Made by a program: the position numbers and the translations under genes. A DNA stretch of 64,000 bases. Origin: Callorhinchus milii (lineage: Eukaryota). Numbering within the stretch: the stretch's first letter is position 1; each line of letters starts with the position of its first letter. The DNA lies in the NCBI RefSeq assembly GCF_018977255.1, contig NW_024704742.1:119600001-119664000 (forward strand), read 5' to 3'. The notes under the pieces are model-generated. The model saw only the letters and a list, made by a program, of their open reading frames with translations, did not search any database and was not told the origin of the DNA. Shown here in pieces: positions 53,450 to 64,000 of the stretch.

Positions 53450-53809
53450 TAATATTTACTGCACGTCTGCTATCCAGTTTGTTATCCCTTCAAAGAATTC
53501 AATTAAATGACTTAGAACTTCCCTTTACAAAACCAGGCTAGGAATCCATCACTACTTCCATCTCTTCTAATTGTTCCACAAAAACAATGCTTATTATGAC
53601 CTCTGCAGCTTCCCTACAACTAGTATGAGTCTCACTCAACTATAGTTCCCTGACTCTTCCCTTTGTTAAACAAAGGAGTGGCACTTGCCACTCTCCAGTC
53701 ATCTGGGGCAACCCCTGTATCTACAGACTTATGGAAAATGACAGTGGGAGGTGATCAATGAGGCATTATCAATTTCCCTCAGGATTGTTAGATATCATTC
53801 CAATTGGGA

Positions 53810-54040
53810 AACAAAGAAAATAGGGCAATTTATGTATTTCTGTGAAACTCAATATTAAACCTGATTCAGAATTAATAAGAGTTAATTGATTATTTTCCAC
53901 AACAAAGAGAATGGGGCACATTTATATGTTTGTGTGAGACTCAATATTAAATCCGGTTCAGATTTAATGTTGAGTTAATCAACTAAGTAATTTCCACAAC
54001 AAAGAGAATGGGCCAAATTTATTCATGTGCGAAATTCAAG
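53810..54040. repeat. Degenerate tandem repeat, about 2.5 units of 91-97 bp, with internal hairpins; inverted partial copy at 52787-52840
   Basis: AACAAAGAGAATGGG-like starts at about 53810, 53901 and 53998; ACTCAATATTAAATC / GATTTAATGTTGAGT stem in unit 2. Confidence 0.8.
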
Positions 54041-54400
54041 AATTTATTCATTTGACATGCTAAAACACTGTATCAAATAGAAATATTATTTGATTCAATT
54101 ATTGTGCTAAAGTGATTGAAAAAATTAAGCGAAGAAAATGTTTATTAAATCTGATAGGAAACAGGCAAAGCAATGCATCATGCTGTTACAAAAATAAAAT
54201 GGAGGTATGAGCTGTCCACGTACTTCAGTAAATCATTGTGATTGATTTTTCAATAATATGAATGGCATATTACAAATATGAACATACAGAAAATGTTTTT
54301 AAATTCTTCTGCAAAAGTCAATACCGAAAAACAAAATCATTACTTAAAATATTTTGAAATGACTACTGAACTTTAAAGAATGAAAGCTATTTTTACATAC

Positions 54401-54557
54401 CAGTTAAAGCTCCACCAAGGCTGCCTCGTCTTAAGTTTTTCCCCTCTTCGCTTAGCTGTCTTTTAAATTTGAAGAAGGCCTTGCTTGCACCGCAAGAGAG
54501 TTCAGGATTGCTGGATTTCCGAAATGGAAAGGATGGAGGGTACAAGATGTGGTCAAA
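54401..54557 (-). CDS. MAST4: MAST-family kinase internal coding exon (157 nt, phase 0 to 1): FDHILYPPSFPFRKSSNPELSCGASKAFFKFKRQLSEEGKNLRRGSLGGALT(G)
   Basis: ctgtttcag|TTTGACCAC...TTAACTG|gtatgt; resembles recalled MAST4 LDHILSPPPMPFRKCSNPD...KYKRQLSEDGRQLRRGSLGGALTG. Confidence 0.92.
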
Positions 54558-55735
54558 CTGAAACAGAACAGCAACCNAAAAAAAGTGAATATACACTTAG
54601 GAGCATTACTGCAGAAAACACATTGAATACATTCATGCACTCATATAAGAGGAGATTTTGATATTAATTTAAGATGCCTGCAACGTTTCCTGTGAGATAG
54701 ATGAAGATAGTCACATATAACCAATTTGGGTTTCTAATTTCTGGGAAATGTGCCATACTGAATGGAATAAGTGACTGCACTTTACAGTACATCCTGTGTA
54801 AAGCTTCGGGACATCCTGCCAACGTGAATGACGATATACTAAATGCAAGGATTATTAGATTCTTAAACTGTGGTGACAGTTCAAATTGATCCAATGTGTT
54901 TATAATATGAACAAGGCTTACAATCAGCAGAAACTACTTGAGTTCCAGGGGTACTAAAGTTTCATTTTTGTTGTCAGTCTGTGCACCGACTTCTCCCTTA
55001 AACAGACATGTTCAGTATCGGGTAACATGGCATTGATATGTTGCATAGTACTGTTGCAATCACACACAAATTGGACATCAGTGTTCCTGCGAGGTTATGA
55101 AAATATCTTCCAAGACCAATTAGGTAAGAAAAAGTAGCTTTTACTCCTGCCAATGGCTTTCAACCAACATAATACATCTCTCTCCTTCTCTCTTTCCCTC
55201 CCAACCTTCATTGCAATTCAGCAACCAGCTGAAGAAACTAAAGAAATATATCACTACACCATTAGTCAATATTGTGTGTGTTTTTGGCACCTTATTTTTC
55301 TTCATTCAGTCCTCTCACAGCAGACGAAATATGTATGGGAATAAAATGGGTGGGCGGAGGGCAAGTTAGCCATGAGCAAACAAGATTTATAGCCATTTTA
55401 GAAAAAGACAGAAGATTTAATTATCAATCCTCAGGCTATTTATCCATACGTCACTGAATCAGTCAGCTTCTTGGACATGAAGTGAGGGTAGATTCAGGCC
55501 AGATGGAGTTTGAAATTCACCAGATTTCACACAAACAATAGGCTTCGTATTTACACATAAATCCGACATTCTTCTATAAGTAGACTAAGCACATGTTGCA
55601 CTGTTATCGTCTGGAACACATCAGACTGGTTCTCAGTCAGCACTGAGGTGCCATCGCTCTAGTGTAGTACTGGGGGAAGCCCTGCAGTGTCAAGGTGCCA
55701 ATCTTCAAATGAGACGTTAAACAGAGATCCTATCT

Positions 55736-56103
55736 ATAATAATCCTAGCTTTTCATATAGCGCCTTATCACATCTTTGAGACGTCTCATAGCTCTTCACA
55801 GAATATACTATAAAGTGAATTGACTGCATATTTTGTGGGCGAAACACGACAGCCAATTGCGTCCCACAGCTGTGTCCCACAAACAGTCAAGGACTGATTG
55901 ACCAATTTATTATTTATAAAAAAAATGTTTTGAAGGGATTATCACCCCTGGAAAAGCGATCCGCCAATCGACTAACAACCAGATTCCTGGTTACTGCTAG
56001 GTAAACGGAGGCGTGTAGAGTAATGAAACTTGCTCAACATTTCGCTCTGCCGGGAATCAAACAAAGTGAAATGAGTGCTCTAACCACTGAGTTACAGGAC
56101 TCC
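55736..56103 (-). mobile_element. Full-length tRNA-derived SINE (long variant) nested in an older Deu-domain SINE (about 55600-55735 and 56105-56275, plus strand)
   Basis: The Deu core breaks after ATGAGACGTTAAACAGAGATCC and resumes at CACTATTTGAAAAGAGAAGGGAGTTTCTC. Confidence 0.85.
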
Positions 56104-56920
56104 ATGAAAAGGATCTACCTTGAACAGCTAACATTAAAAATTAAAAAAAACACTATTTGAAAAGAGAAGGGAGTTTCTCTCAGTGTGTTCTGGCCAACAG
56201 TTATCTAAACAAAATAGTTTTTTCACTTCAAGGCTGTGAGCAGGACCTTGGTGTGTGCAAACTGGCTGCCATCCTGACAGAACTAGGATAATACCAAGTA
56301 GATGCCGAAGAGGCCAAAATGGAGACAAAGGCCACGCATTTGTGCACATCAAAAATTGCCTATAGTTCAGCTCCAGGAGAACCAGAACTGCAATCAGGCA
56401 TTAGAAACACATTACAACACTAGCACCACAGTGGCAGACATGTGGTTTCTGGAAAGAAAATTTTCATTTGAATATTGCCGGAGGCTACAAGCTGACAGCT
56501 GCTTTGCAAAACAACACTGAGATCTTCTGTTTCACTAACACTCCTTTCAGAGTTTAATGCAGTGCTTTAGTTTCCCTTTTTGTAAAAAAAATATTGTAGT
56601 ACTGTCCATTATTCATGAAGGTGCAGCAACAATTTTTCTTTAGCCTTGAATATGCTAAGAGTACAATAAAGCATTATTACCAAACACATTTTCAATTCAC
56701 AGAAATATTCGCTACGCCCTCAGGCTAGAATAGAAGAGTGTATTTATAGTTGTGTGCTCTCATGACAGAGGTTCCAGCACCGGGGGGGAGATGGAGTGCT
56801 GGAAAGCAAATAATAATAATCCTTGCATTTGATATAGCACCTTATGTCATTGAGATGTATCAAAGCGCTTCACTGAATATATTGTAAAGTGGATTGACTG
56901 TATACTTCGTGAGCGGACAC

Positions 56921-57245
56921 AACAATAACAACATTACATTTTTAAAGAGCCTTTCACATCGGGAGGACGTCCCAGGGTGCTGAACAGTCAGGGATCAGGA
57001 CCAGAGTGTGGGGGGCAGGGCTGGGATGAGGGAAGGCAGAGAGGTACGAGGGCATTTGAAGGCACGGTCGAAAAGAAGGGTCTTGAGTCATGCCTTGAAT
57101 GAGGCAAGGGAGGGAGCAAGGCAAAGGGATTGTGGGATGGAGTTCCAGAGGGTGGGGGCAAAGAAGCTGAAAGCCCGGCTGCCAATGGTAGGATATGTCC
57201 TCCCAACATGAAAGGCACTATACAAATGTAATTTTGTTGTTGTTG
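56921..57245 (-). mobile_element. L2 3' fragment closed by a short L2 tail in the opposite orientation
   Basis: Reverse peptide TIGSRAFSFFAPTLWNSIP; tail motifs at both ends in inverted orientation. Confidence 0.8.
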
Positions 57246-57550
57246 TAACTGGACAATGATCAGGAGAAGCAGCCATGGTTAATTTTCCCACCCTTCCTTA
57301 CCCAGGGGGCAGTAAGGCTGAATTTCACCCAACTTCTTCCAACTGATCTTTTTTTTGTCAGCCGGGTGTCTGATACTTGTGGAAACTCATCGCCATTCTT
57401 GAGAATATCCAAACCAGATGGAGTTCCAAATACAATATGTATGCCACCTACACATGGACATTTTTTTGTCCCAACTGAGATCTGCTACTCACCACATTCC
57501 ACAGATGGGACCTGGTACTTTCCTGGTCTGTAAAGACCAGTAACATATTA

Positions 57551-57875
57551 CAACAACAACAAGATTCCATTTATAGAGCGCCTTTCACGTCAGGAGGACG
57601 TCCCAAGGCGCTGCACAGTTGGGTCATGACCCGAGCAGGGGGGAAATGGTCAGGGTGAGGGGAGGGAAGGGAGGGAGAGAGGAGGGGGGAAATGGTCAGG
57701 GTGAGGGGAGGGAAGGGAGGGAGCGAGGAGGAGGAAGAGAGTCGAGAGGGGAGCTGAAGGCACGGTCAAAGAGAAGTTGGCTCTTTGGCTCATTAGTTGG
57801 CTCATTCAAGCACTGAGCTCTTGGGACGTCCTCCCGACGTGAAAGGCACCATACAAATGTAATCTTATTGTTGTT
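57551..57875 (-). mobile_element. L2 3' fragment closed by a short L2 tail in the opposite orientation
   Basis: CCTTTCACGTCAGGAGGACGTCCCAAG on the left and CTTGGGACGTCCTCCCGACGTGAAAGG on the right. Confidence 0.78.
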
Positions 57876-58933
57876 GAGCTCATCAGGAATGATGTAGTGT
57901 TTAAGCACTCTGAGATGACACGTGTATAAAGAGCACCATCTCAATGCTAGTTGTTGCTTACAAAAAACAGTATAAGGAATACATTTTTCCAGACAATGCT
58001 TCTACAATACTCAATCCCATAATCTGATTCCAGTTGTGATGTGCACTAAACAACAAGTTACATTTGTATAGTGCCTTTCACATCAGGAGGATGTCCCAAG
58101 GCACTGAAAGCCATCACAGTTACCGCATGAAGAGCAAACTGACTCTCACATAGGAGCAGCATTTATATAGCGGGACAGTGTCTTGGAGAAAGACGTAAAC
58201 AGTCTATAACGTTTGTGTGTAAGACCTGGTGCTTAGGTGATCTTGACACAGTCACAAATCTGAACATTGACTTAGGAACTAGAATAGTTCTTGTTGTAAA
58301 CAACCTGCAGGACAGACAGGCCAATTGTACATGGATGGTAAAAGTTCACAGTGCAATTTTATGTAATTTTTGCAAACAATATGGCTTTTGTGTAGTCAGT
58401 CTATTAACAATCTTTCTCAGGAATCGCCTACCGAGACCACCAAAGAGGATCTCAAAGCACTTGCACAAGCAAAGTAGGGATGTGATATATCATTTGGGGG
58501 GTGTGGGGGGCATAAAACTAAAGTGGCGATATAAACTTTTTCTAACTGTACACACTAATAGAATTGAAGCACTTTAAAAATCCAGCAGGTGGCCTAAGGA
58601 AAGAAAATGCAGCACAATTGCAGAACTTGGTTTGTGCAAACTAGCTGGTACTTTGACACCAGACTTAGAACATGCGAGATTCCACAGGGTGGAATGTGCC
58701 ACGAGTCTTATGAATCCTGATCTAACTAGTTTGTTGTCCAAAGGCATCTTTGATTTACACTGAATAAAAGAATACATTTAGTTCTTGAGCACTCCTCTGC
58801 TTCACAGAAGTGCTGCAACAGCTTTTTAATAAGAAAGTCAGCATACACACTCACACACACACACACACACACACAAACATTTGGGCAGCTCGCTGGGCTA
58901 CATTTACACAATGACATTAAAGTTGAACAGCGA

Positions 58934-60068
58934 AACAACAATAACAAAATTACATTTGTAAAGCGCCTTTCAAATCGGGAGGATGTCCCAAGGCGCTAAA
59001 CAGTGTGGCTGAAGCACAGTCAAAAAGGAGGGTCTTGAGTCGTGTCTTAAAGGAGGCAAGAGAGGGAGCAAGGCAAAGGGATGGTGCGATGGAGTTCCAA
59101 AGAGTGGGGCAGAGAGGCTGAAAGCCTGGCCACCGATGGTAGGGTGGGTCGGGTAGGAGACATGGAATAGGCCAGAGTCTGCTGAGCGGAGGGAGCGGAG
59201 AGGTTGATAGGGGGTCATCAGGTCAGAGATGTAGGAGGGGGCAAAGCCATGGAGGGCCTTGAAAGTGAGGACGAGGATTTTGAATTCTACCCTCTGAGGG
59301 ATGGGGAGCCAGTGGAGCTGGCGAGGGTGGGGGTGATGGGGTCACAGAAACTGGCGCAGGAGAGGACACGAGCTGTAGTGGAACCGTGGATCCTGATGCT
59401 GACAATGCCTGAGGTGCGGAGGCGCTGGCACGAGCCAATCAGGAGAGCCTCAGTCTCGCTGACATTCAGCTGCAGAAAGCTGGCTCTCATCCAGGACTTA
59501 ATGTCTTGACAGTCTGTCAGGACGTCAGTTGTCCTGGAATCGAGGGTGGAGACAGGGAAGTAGAGTTGGGTGTCATCCGCGTCGATGTGGAAGTTGACCC
59601 CATGTCTGCGGATGATGTCACCAAGGGGGAGCATGTAGAGATTGAAGAGGAGGGGACCGAGGACAGAGTCCTGAGGAACATCACACAAGACTGTGCGGGG
59701 GCTGGAAGAGAAACCTTTGGAGGAGACAAATTGAAGGTGGTGTGAGAGATAAGACCTGAACCATTCAATGACAGAACCTTGAAGGTTGAGGTTAGAGGAG
59801 AGGTGGTGGAGGAGGATGGAGTGGTCCACGGTATCGAAGGCAGCAGAGAGGTCAAGCAGATGAGGCGGCAGAGGGAGCCCTGATCACAGATGGACAAAAT
59901 GTTGTTTGTCACCTTGACTAGAGCAGTTTCCAAGCTGTGAGCAGCATGGAAACCCAATTGGAGGGGCTCGTGAAGGGAGTGGTAGGAGAGGAATGAGTGA
60001 AGCTGGGAAGCAACGACTTTTTCAAGGACTTGCGTTAGAAAAGGGAGGTTAGAGATGGGCCGGTAGTT
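58934..60068 (-). mobile_element. L2 LINE, 5'-truncated and internally deleted
   Basis: Peptides GFHAAHSLETALVKVTNNIL, VPQDSVLGPLLFNLYMLPLG, FHIDADDTQLY; same family as 12524-13745. Confidence 0.93.
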
Positions 60069-61639
60069 AAAGATTTGTTAATGTATGATGAAGACACATT
60101 TTCAACAGGTAAATTCACATGTGCTTTGTTTTTTTACTTTTTGGTCAGTCATGAACTGATAGACAAAGAGCATGAACTGATAAACAATTAAATGAAATGA
60201 TCAGCCTACAGTATCCACTTCATTAGTATCCAAGACAAAGTAAAACTAACTGAAAACCAATAAAGGACAAAGATAGTGAATGGAGATCCAAGACAGAGAT
60301 CCAAAGAGACTCCTAAGGAACCAAAAGGAAGAGGTGAAAGACCATGTGTTTAACACCTGAGGAATGTGACACAGTGGATCATCTGTATCAAAGGTCATAT
60401 TGCTTGCCCTCTGAGTTAATATGCTGATCCATAAGGTCGATTTTGTATGGAGCAGAGTGCAAAACAAGTTCCTTGTTTGGACTCGCTCTTTAACTTAATA
60501 GCTAAAACTCCCGACACCTCTGACCTGATACCAGAGATAGAGTCCAGCTATATATTGCATTACCTCATCTTAATTGTATGCTGTATAACCTCTTTGTATT
60601 AAGAGTTGTGGCCTCGACTCTAGGAACGCAGCTCTATAATTATAGTGACGGTAAGATTTCACTTATTTTTTTACGTCTCAATTAATTCCGATTTTGATTG
60701 TGAAATACATGAAAAATACTACCGATGCCGTGTGTATATCCATTAATTTTATAAACTCAAATGAATAAAATAACAGAGCATATTGTATATTTTGTTAAGT
60801 CCTGGTTTCTTCCTTCAGTCAACCAAGGGTTAAACTGTATCAGAGCTGACTGTTTTGTCAGGTTTCTGAAAGGTCCTTTGATCAGATAAGCACGTCAGTG
60901 ATGTCTTAAAGAAGCAGGGACTGGAGTTGACCACAGAAGTAACTGGCAGGTCCGTGTTGTACAAGTTACCTTAAAAAGATTAAATCTGAATCAAAGGTGT
61001 GCATGAAATAACCAAATAAAATTGGTCGTTCACTTTATAGTGGTTTGTAGGATATTGCTACATGCAAATTGGGTGCTGCAAATTCATCTACAAAATACAC
61101 CATCACTGCACATGACATCTTAGAAAGTGCTTTGAGACATCCTCCTGACATGAAAGGTACTATTATCAAATGTAAAGATTATGATTATTAAAACTGGTTT
61201 AGAGCCACTCTTGGAATCACTAAATTATTATCAACTATTAGATATTCGAAGCATTCCCTAAGCCATTTAACAACATTCTGTGGATTCTTCATTATTATTT
61301 AGCATCCAAAAAGAGATGGATATATCAGATATATAACCACTACCTCTGTTCTTATATCTTGGGTATAATACAAATCAGAAGAATTTTCATATATATTAGG
61401 ATGCTCATTTTGAAATATGCAGAATCCATTTTCTTACATACAAGTGCAGGTGGTGCAAAACAGTTTGGGTTCTGCTCAGAAATAGTTCCTTAAAACACCT
61501 TTTAGGGAAGTGCAAAGAGCTAGTTAAGAACATTTAACTCAGTGGTTTACAGCTTCAATCACCAATCTGCAGTCCTACTTCCACACCTTCTCCACCATTG
61601 TGTCATGTTCTCTGCCCTACCACCAGTGGGCAAATTATA

Positions 61640-61951
61640 ATAACAATAATAATCCTGCATTTGATATAGCGCTTTTCAAGTCTTCTTGACGTCTCAAAGT
61701 GCTTCACAGAATATACTGTGAAGTGAATTAACTGCATATTTGTGGGCAAAACGCAGCAGCCAATTGCACACAGCAGCGTCCCACAAACAGTGGATTAAAA
61801 TGACCAATTTATTAATGNTTTTTTTCTTGAGGGATTATTATCAGGCGTGCGGAGTAAGGAAACTTGCCCAAGGTTTTTCCCTGCTGGGAATCAAACCCAG
61901 CTCTCTCGCCTGCGAGGCAAGAGCGCTCTAACCACTGAGCTACAGGACTCC
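61640..61951 (-). mobile_element. Full-length tRNA-Ala-derived SINE (short variant)
   Basis: Ends ...ACCACTGAGCTACAGGACTCC (reverse of the head). Confidence 0.92.
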
Positions 61952-61970
61952 TGCATTATTATTATGGAGT

Positions 61971-62286
61971 GGAGTCCTGTAGCTCAGTGGTTAGAGCACT
62001 CGCTTTGCAAGCGAGAGACCTGAATTCAATTCCAGGTCAGAGCGAAACCTTGGGCAAGTTTCCTTACTCCTAATAATAATCCCTCCAAAACCAAAAACAA
62101 TAATAAATTGGTCATTTTCAATCTACGGGCTGTTGTGGGACATTGCTGTGCGCAATTGGCTGCCGCGTTCGCCCACAAATATAGTCAGTTCACTTTACAG
62201 TGTGTTCTGTGAAGCGCTTTGGGACCTCCTCCTGACGTGAAAAGCGCTATATCAAATGCAAGGATTATTATTATTATTATAATAAT
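61971..62286 (+). mobile_element. Full-length young tRNA-Ala-derived SINE (short variant)
   Basis: GGAGTCCTGTAGCTCAGTGGTTAGAGCACTCGCTTTGCAAGCGAGAGACC...(TTA)n. Confidence 0.93.
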
Positions 62287-62325
62287 TTTTAACTTTTAAG
62301 AATATACTGTAAAGTGAATTGACTG

Positions 62326-62735
62326 TGATGGAGAGCCACTCCACTGGCTCCCATCACCGAATGGATCGACGTCAGGATCCTCACACTCGTGTTCAAACTC
62401 CTTCATTCCCTGGCACCTCCCAACATCTTCGACAACCTCACTGCCCAATCCACCACCTGGTGCCTCCACTCGATTGGCACTGGCTTTCTGCTCGTGACTC
62501 ACGCCTTCCACTCCACCATTGGAGGTCACGCATTCAGCCACTACGCCCTGAAACTCTGGAACCTCTGCTCAATCCCTCCGCCCCCTCTCCCCTTTTTCAT
62601 GTCCCACCTGAAAACCTTCCTTTTCAACCATGCTTACAGTCATTTCTCCCCCCCACACCCCCCAGCTTAGAGTCGGACTCTGTCACTGAGATGCTACCCT
62701 GTCACTGAGGGTGCAAAATAAGTGCAAGTTGTTGT
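62326..62735 (+). mobile_element. L2 3' fragment inserted into a minus-strand SINE (about 62297-62325 and 62736-62996)
   Basis: Peptide FKLLHSLAPP...TIGGHAFSHYALKLWNL; the host motif GTGAATTGACTG|TATATTTTGTG is split by the insert. Confidence 0.8.
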
Positions 62736-63138
62736 ATATTTTGTGAAATGCGGTAGCCAATTGCATAAAGGAGTGGATTGAGTAAACACATTATTATTAT
62801 TAATTTATTTTTGAAGGGATTATCAAGCCCAGAATAGCGATCCTCCAATCGACTAACAATTGGGTTCCTACTTGCTGCTAGGTAAACAGAGGTATGTGGA
62901 GTAAGTAATCTTGCCTAACTATTCAGCGTGCACGGGAATCGAACCCAGGTGCTCTCACTTGCGAGGCGAGTGCTCTAGCCATGAAGCTACAGGACTTGAG
63001 TTATCAGGCACTTGGAGACTTTCTGTCCAAATCCCTCAACCTCCCACCCTTTGGCTACCTTTCTCCTTCCTCCCCCACCTACCATCATCTCAGGCTCCAC
63101 TCAGTCTTTGTGAAGCACTTTGAAGCATTCTCCTATAT

Positions 63139-63340
63139 CAGTGGTGGCCAACCTTTATGGTCGGCCAACAAAATACATTTTCCTGATTGAATATTTTTGG
63201 ATTATTCAATCAAAAAAAACTGAAAACAAACTACCGATTGAACACGGATTTACCTAGACTTGTGTGAATGTTCCGGGGGCCACTTTTTGACAGCCCCGTG
63301 GGCCACTTTCGGCCCACGGACCACCGGTTGGCCATCACTG
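63139..63340. mobile_element. hAT (Charlie-type) non-autonomous DNA transposon / MITE
   Basis: 15-bp terminal inverted repeats CAGTGGTGGCCAACC / GGTTGGCCATCACTG (1 mismatch); decayed 8-bp target duplication TCCTATAT / TGCTACGT; sits inside an L2 tail. Confidence 0.85.
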
Positions 63341-64000
63341 TGCTACGTGAAAGGTGCTGCACAAGTGCAAAGTGTTAAGTCTTAAGAAATCATTTTCAAT
63401 GAGAAGTTCACTTACAGTGAGGTGGAGGGGGAGGAATTTTAAAAATGTTGTGCTTAGGATACTGCCCAGTTTTCACATCATACAAATGATCATACGTGTC
63501 TTTTAGTTAACTTCCCTGATGAAAGGCATGATGTGGATTAATCTCTATGTAATTGGCAATTAAATAAAAGATATGTCCAAGCACACTTATGTGGCTAACA
63601 GATCAAAATGTAATATTTATACCACATGTGCCTTGATACATGTGGAGATTCTTATTCCCACATGTGAGGTCATAAATACAGCGGTATACATATGGCATGG
63701 AGTGCTGCGGAAATTGCTATGGTACAATTCATCTCTGTTTTTTACGTGCAAACCGTAATTTATTTACAACTTCGTCATCCACAGGTTATGCAGTTGGCCT
63801 CAGTGAAGGAGGTATTTTATCACATCTCACAGTTGTCAGCCAAGTATCCTGAATAATTCAACAAAACAAGGCATGCCACAGCCATATAAAGTAATTATCA
63901 TGGTTTTTAAATTGCTAGGACTTGCAACCAACATGTGAACCATTTTACAATTCCAACAGTGAAACAATTTTGTATATTAAATAGTAACCCACCCCCACAT

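Noticed and set aside
53810..54040. Palindromic repeats with spacing that resembles a CRISPR array
   Set aside because: The whole unit repeats with no unique spacers, there are no cas genes, and the context is a vertebrate intron
57620..57750. G-rich purine tract with quadruplex potential
   Set aside because: Low-complexity L2 3' UTR with a local duplication; expected for this family
33782..61818. Single N bases at 33782, 54577 and 61818
   Set aside because: All are next to homopolymer runs, so they reflect sequencing ambiguity rather than biology

Overview
Vertebrate genomic DNA, AT-rich and dense in repeats. The repeat set (tRNA-Ala-headed SINEs with Deu-domain and L2 tails, CR1 and L2 LINEs, Penelope-type hairpins) points to a cartilaginous fish, probably a chimaera such as the elephant shark; this is inferred, not proven. 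The window appears to lie within the 5' introns of one minus-strand MAST-family kinase gene, most like MAST4. Three coding exons are readable with canonical splice sites: 54401-54557, 48140-48264 and an internal alternative first exon at 32450-32488 (MDESSILRRRGLQ). I did not find the next exon (KELSLPRRG...) or exon 1, so they probably lie outside the window. Nearly all ORFs in the supplied track are spurious or decayed LINE fragments. The most notable non-coding signals are two hairpin insertions with hammerhead-ribozyme-like cores, a duplicated 28S rRNA fragment, a head-to-head SINE pair, MITEs, a hairpin-unit tandem repeat near a coding exon and two old repeat families I could not classify. 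I found no convincing new multi-gene system. All homology calls are from recall of known sequences and need database confirmation.
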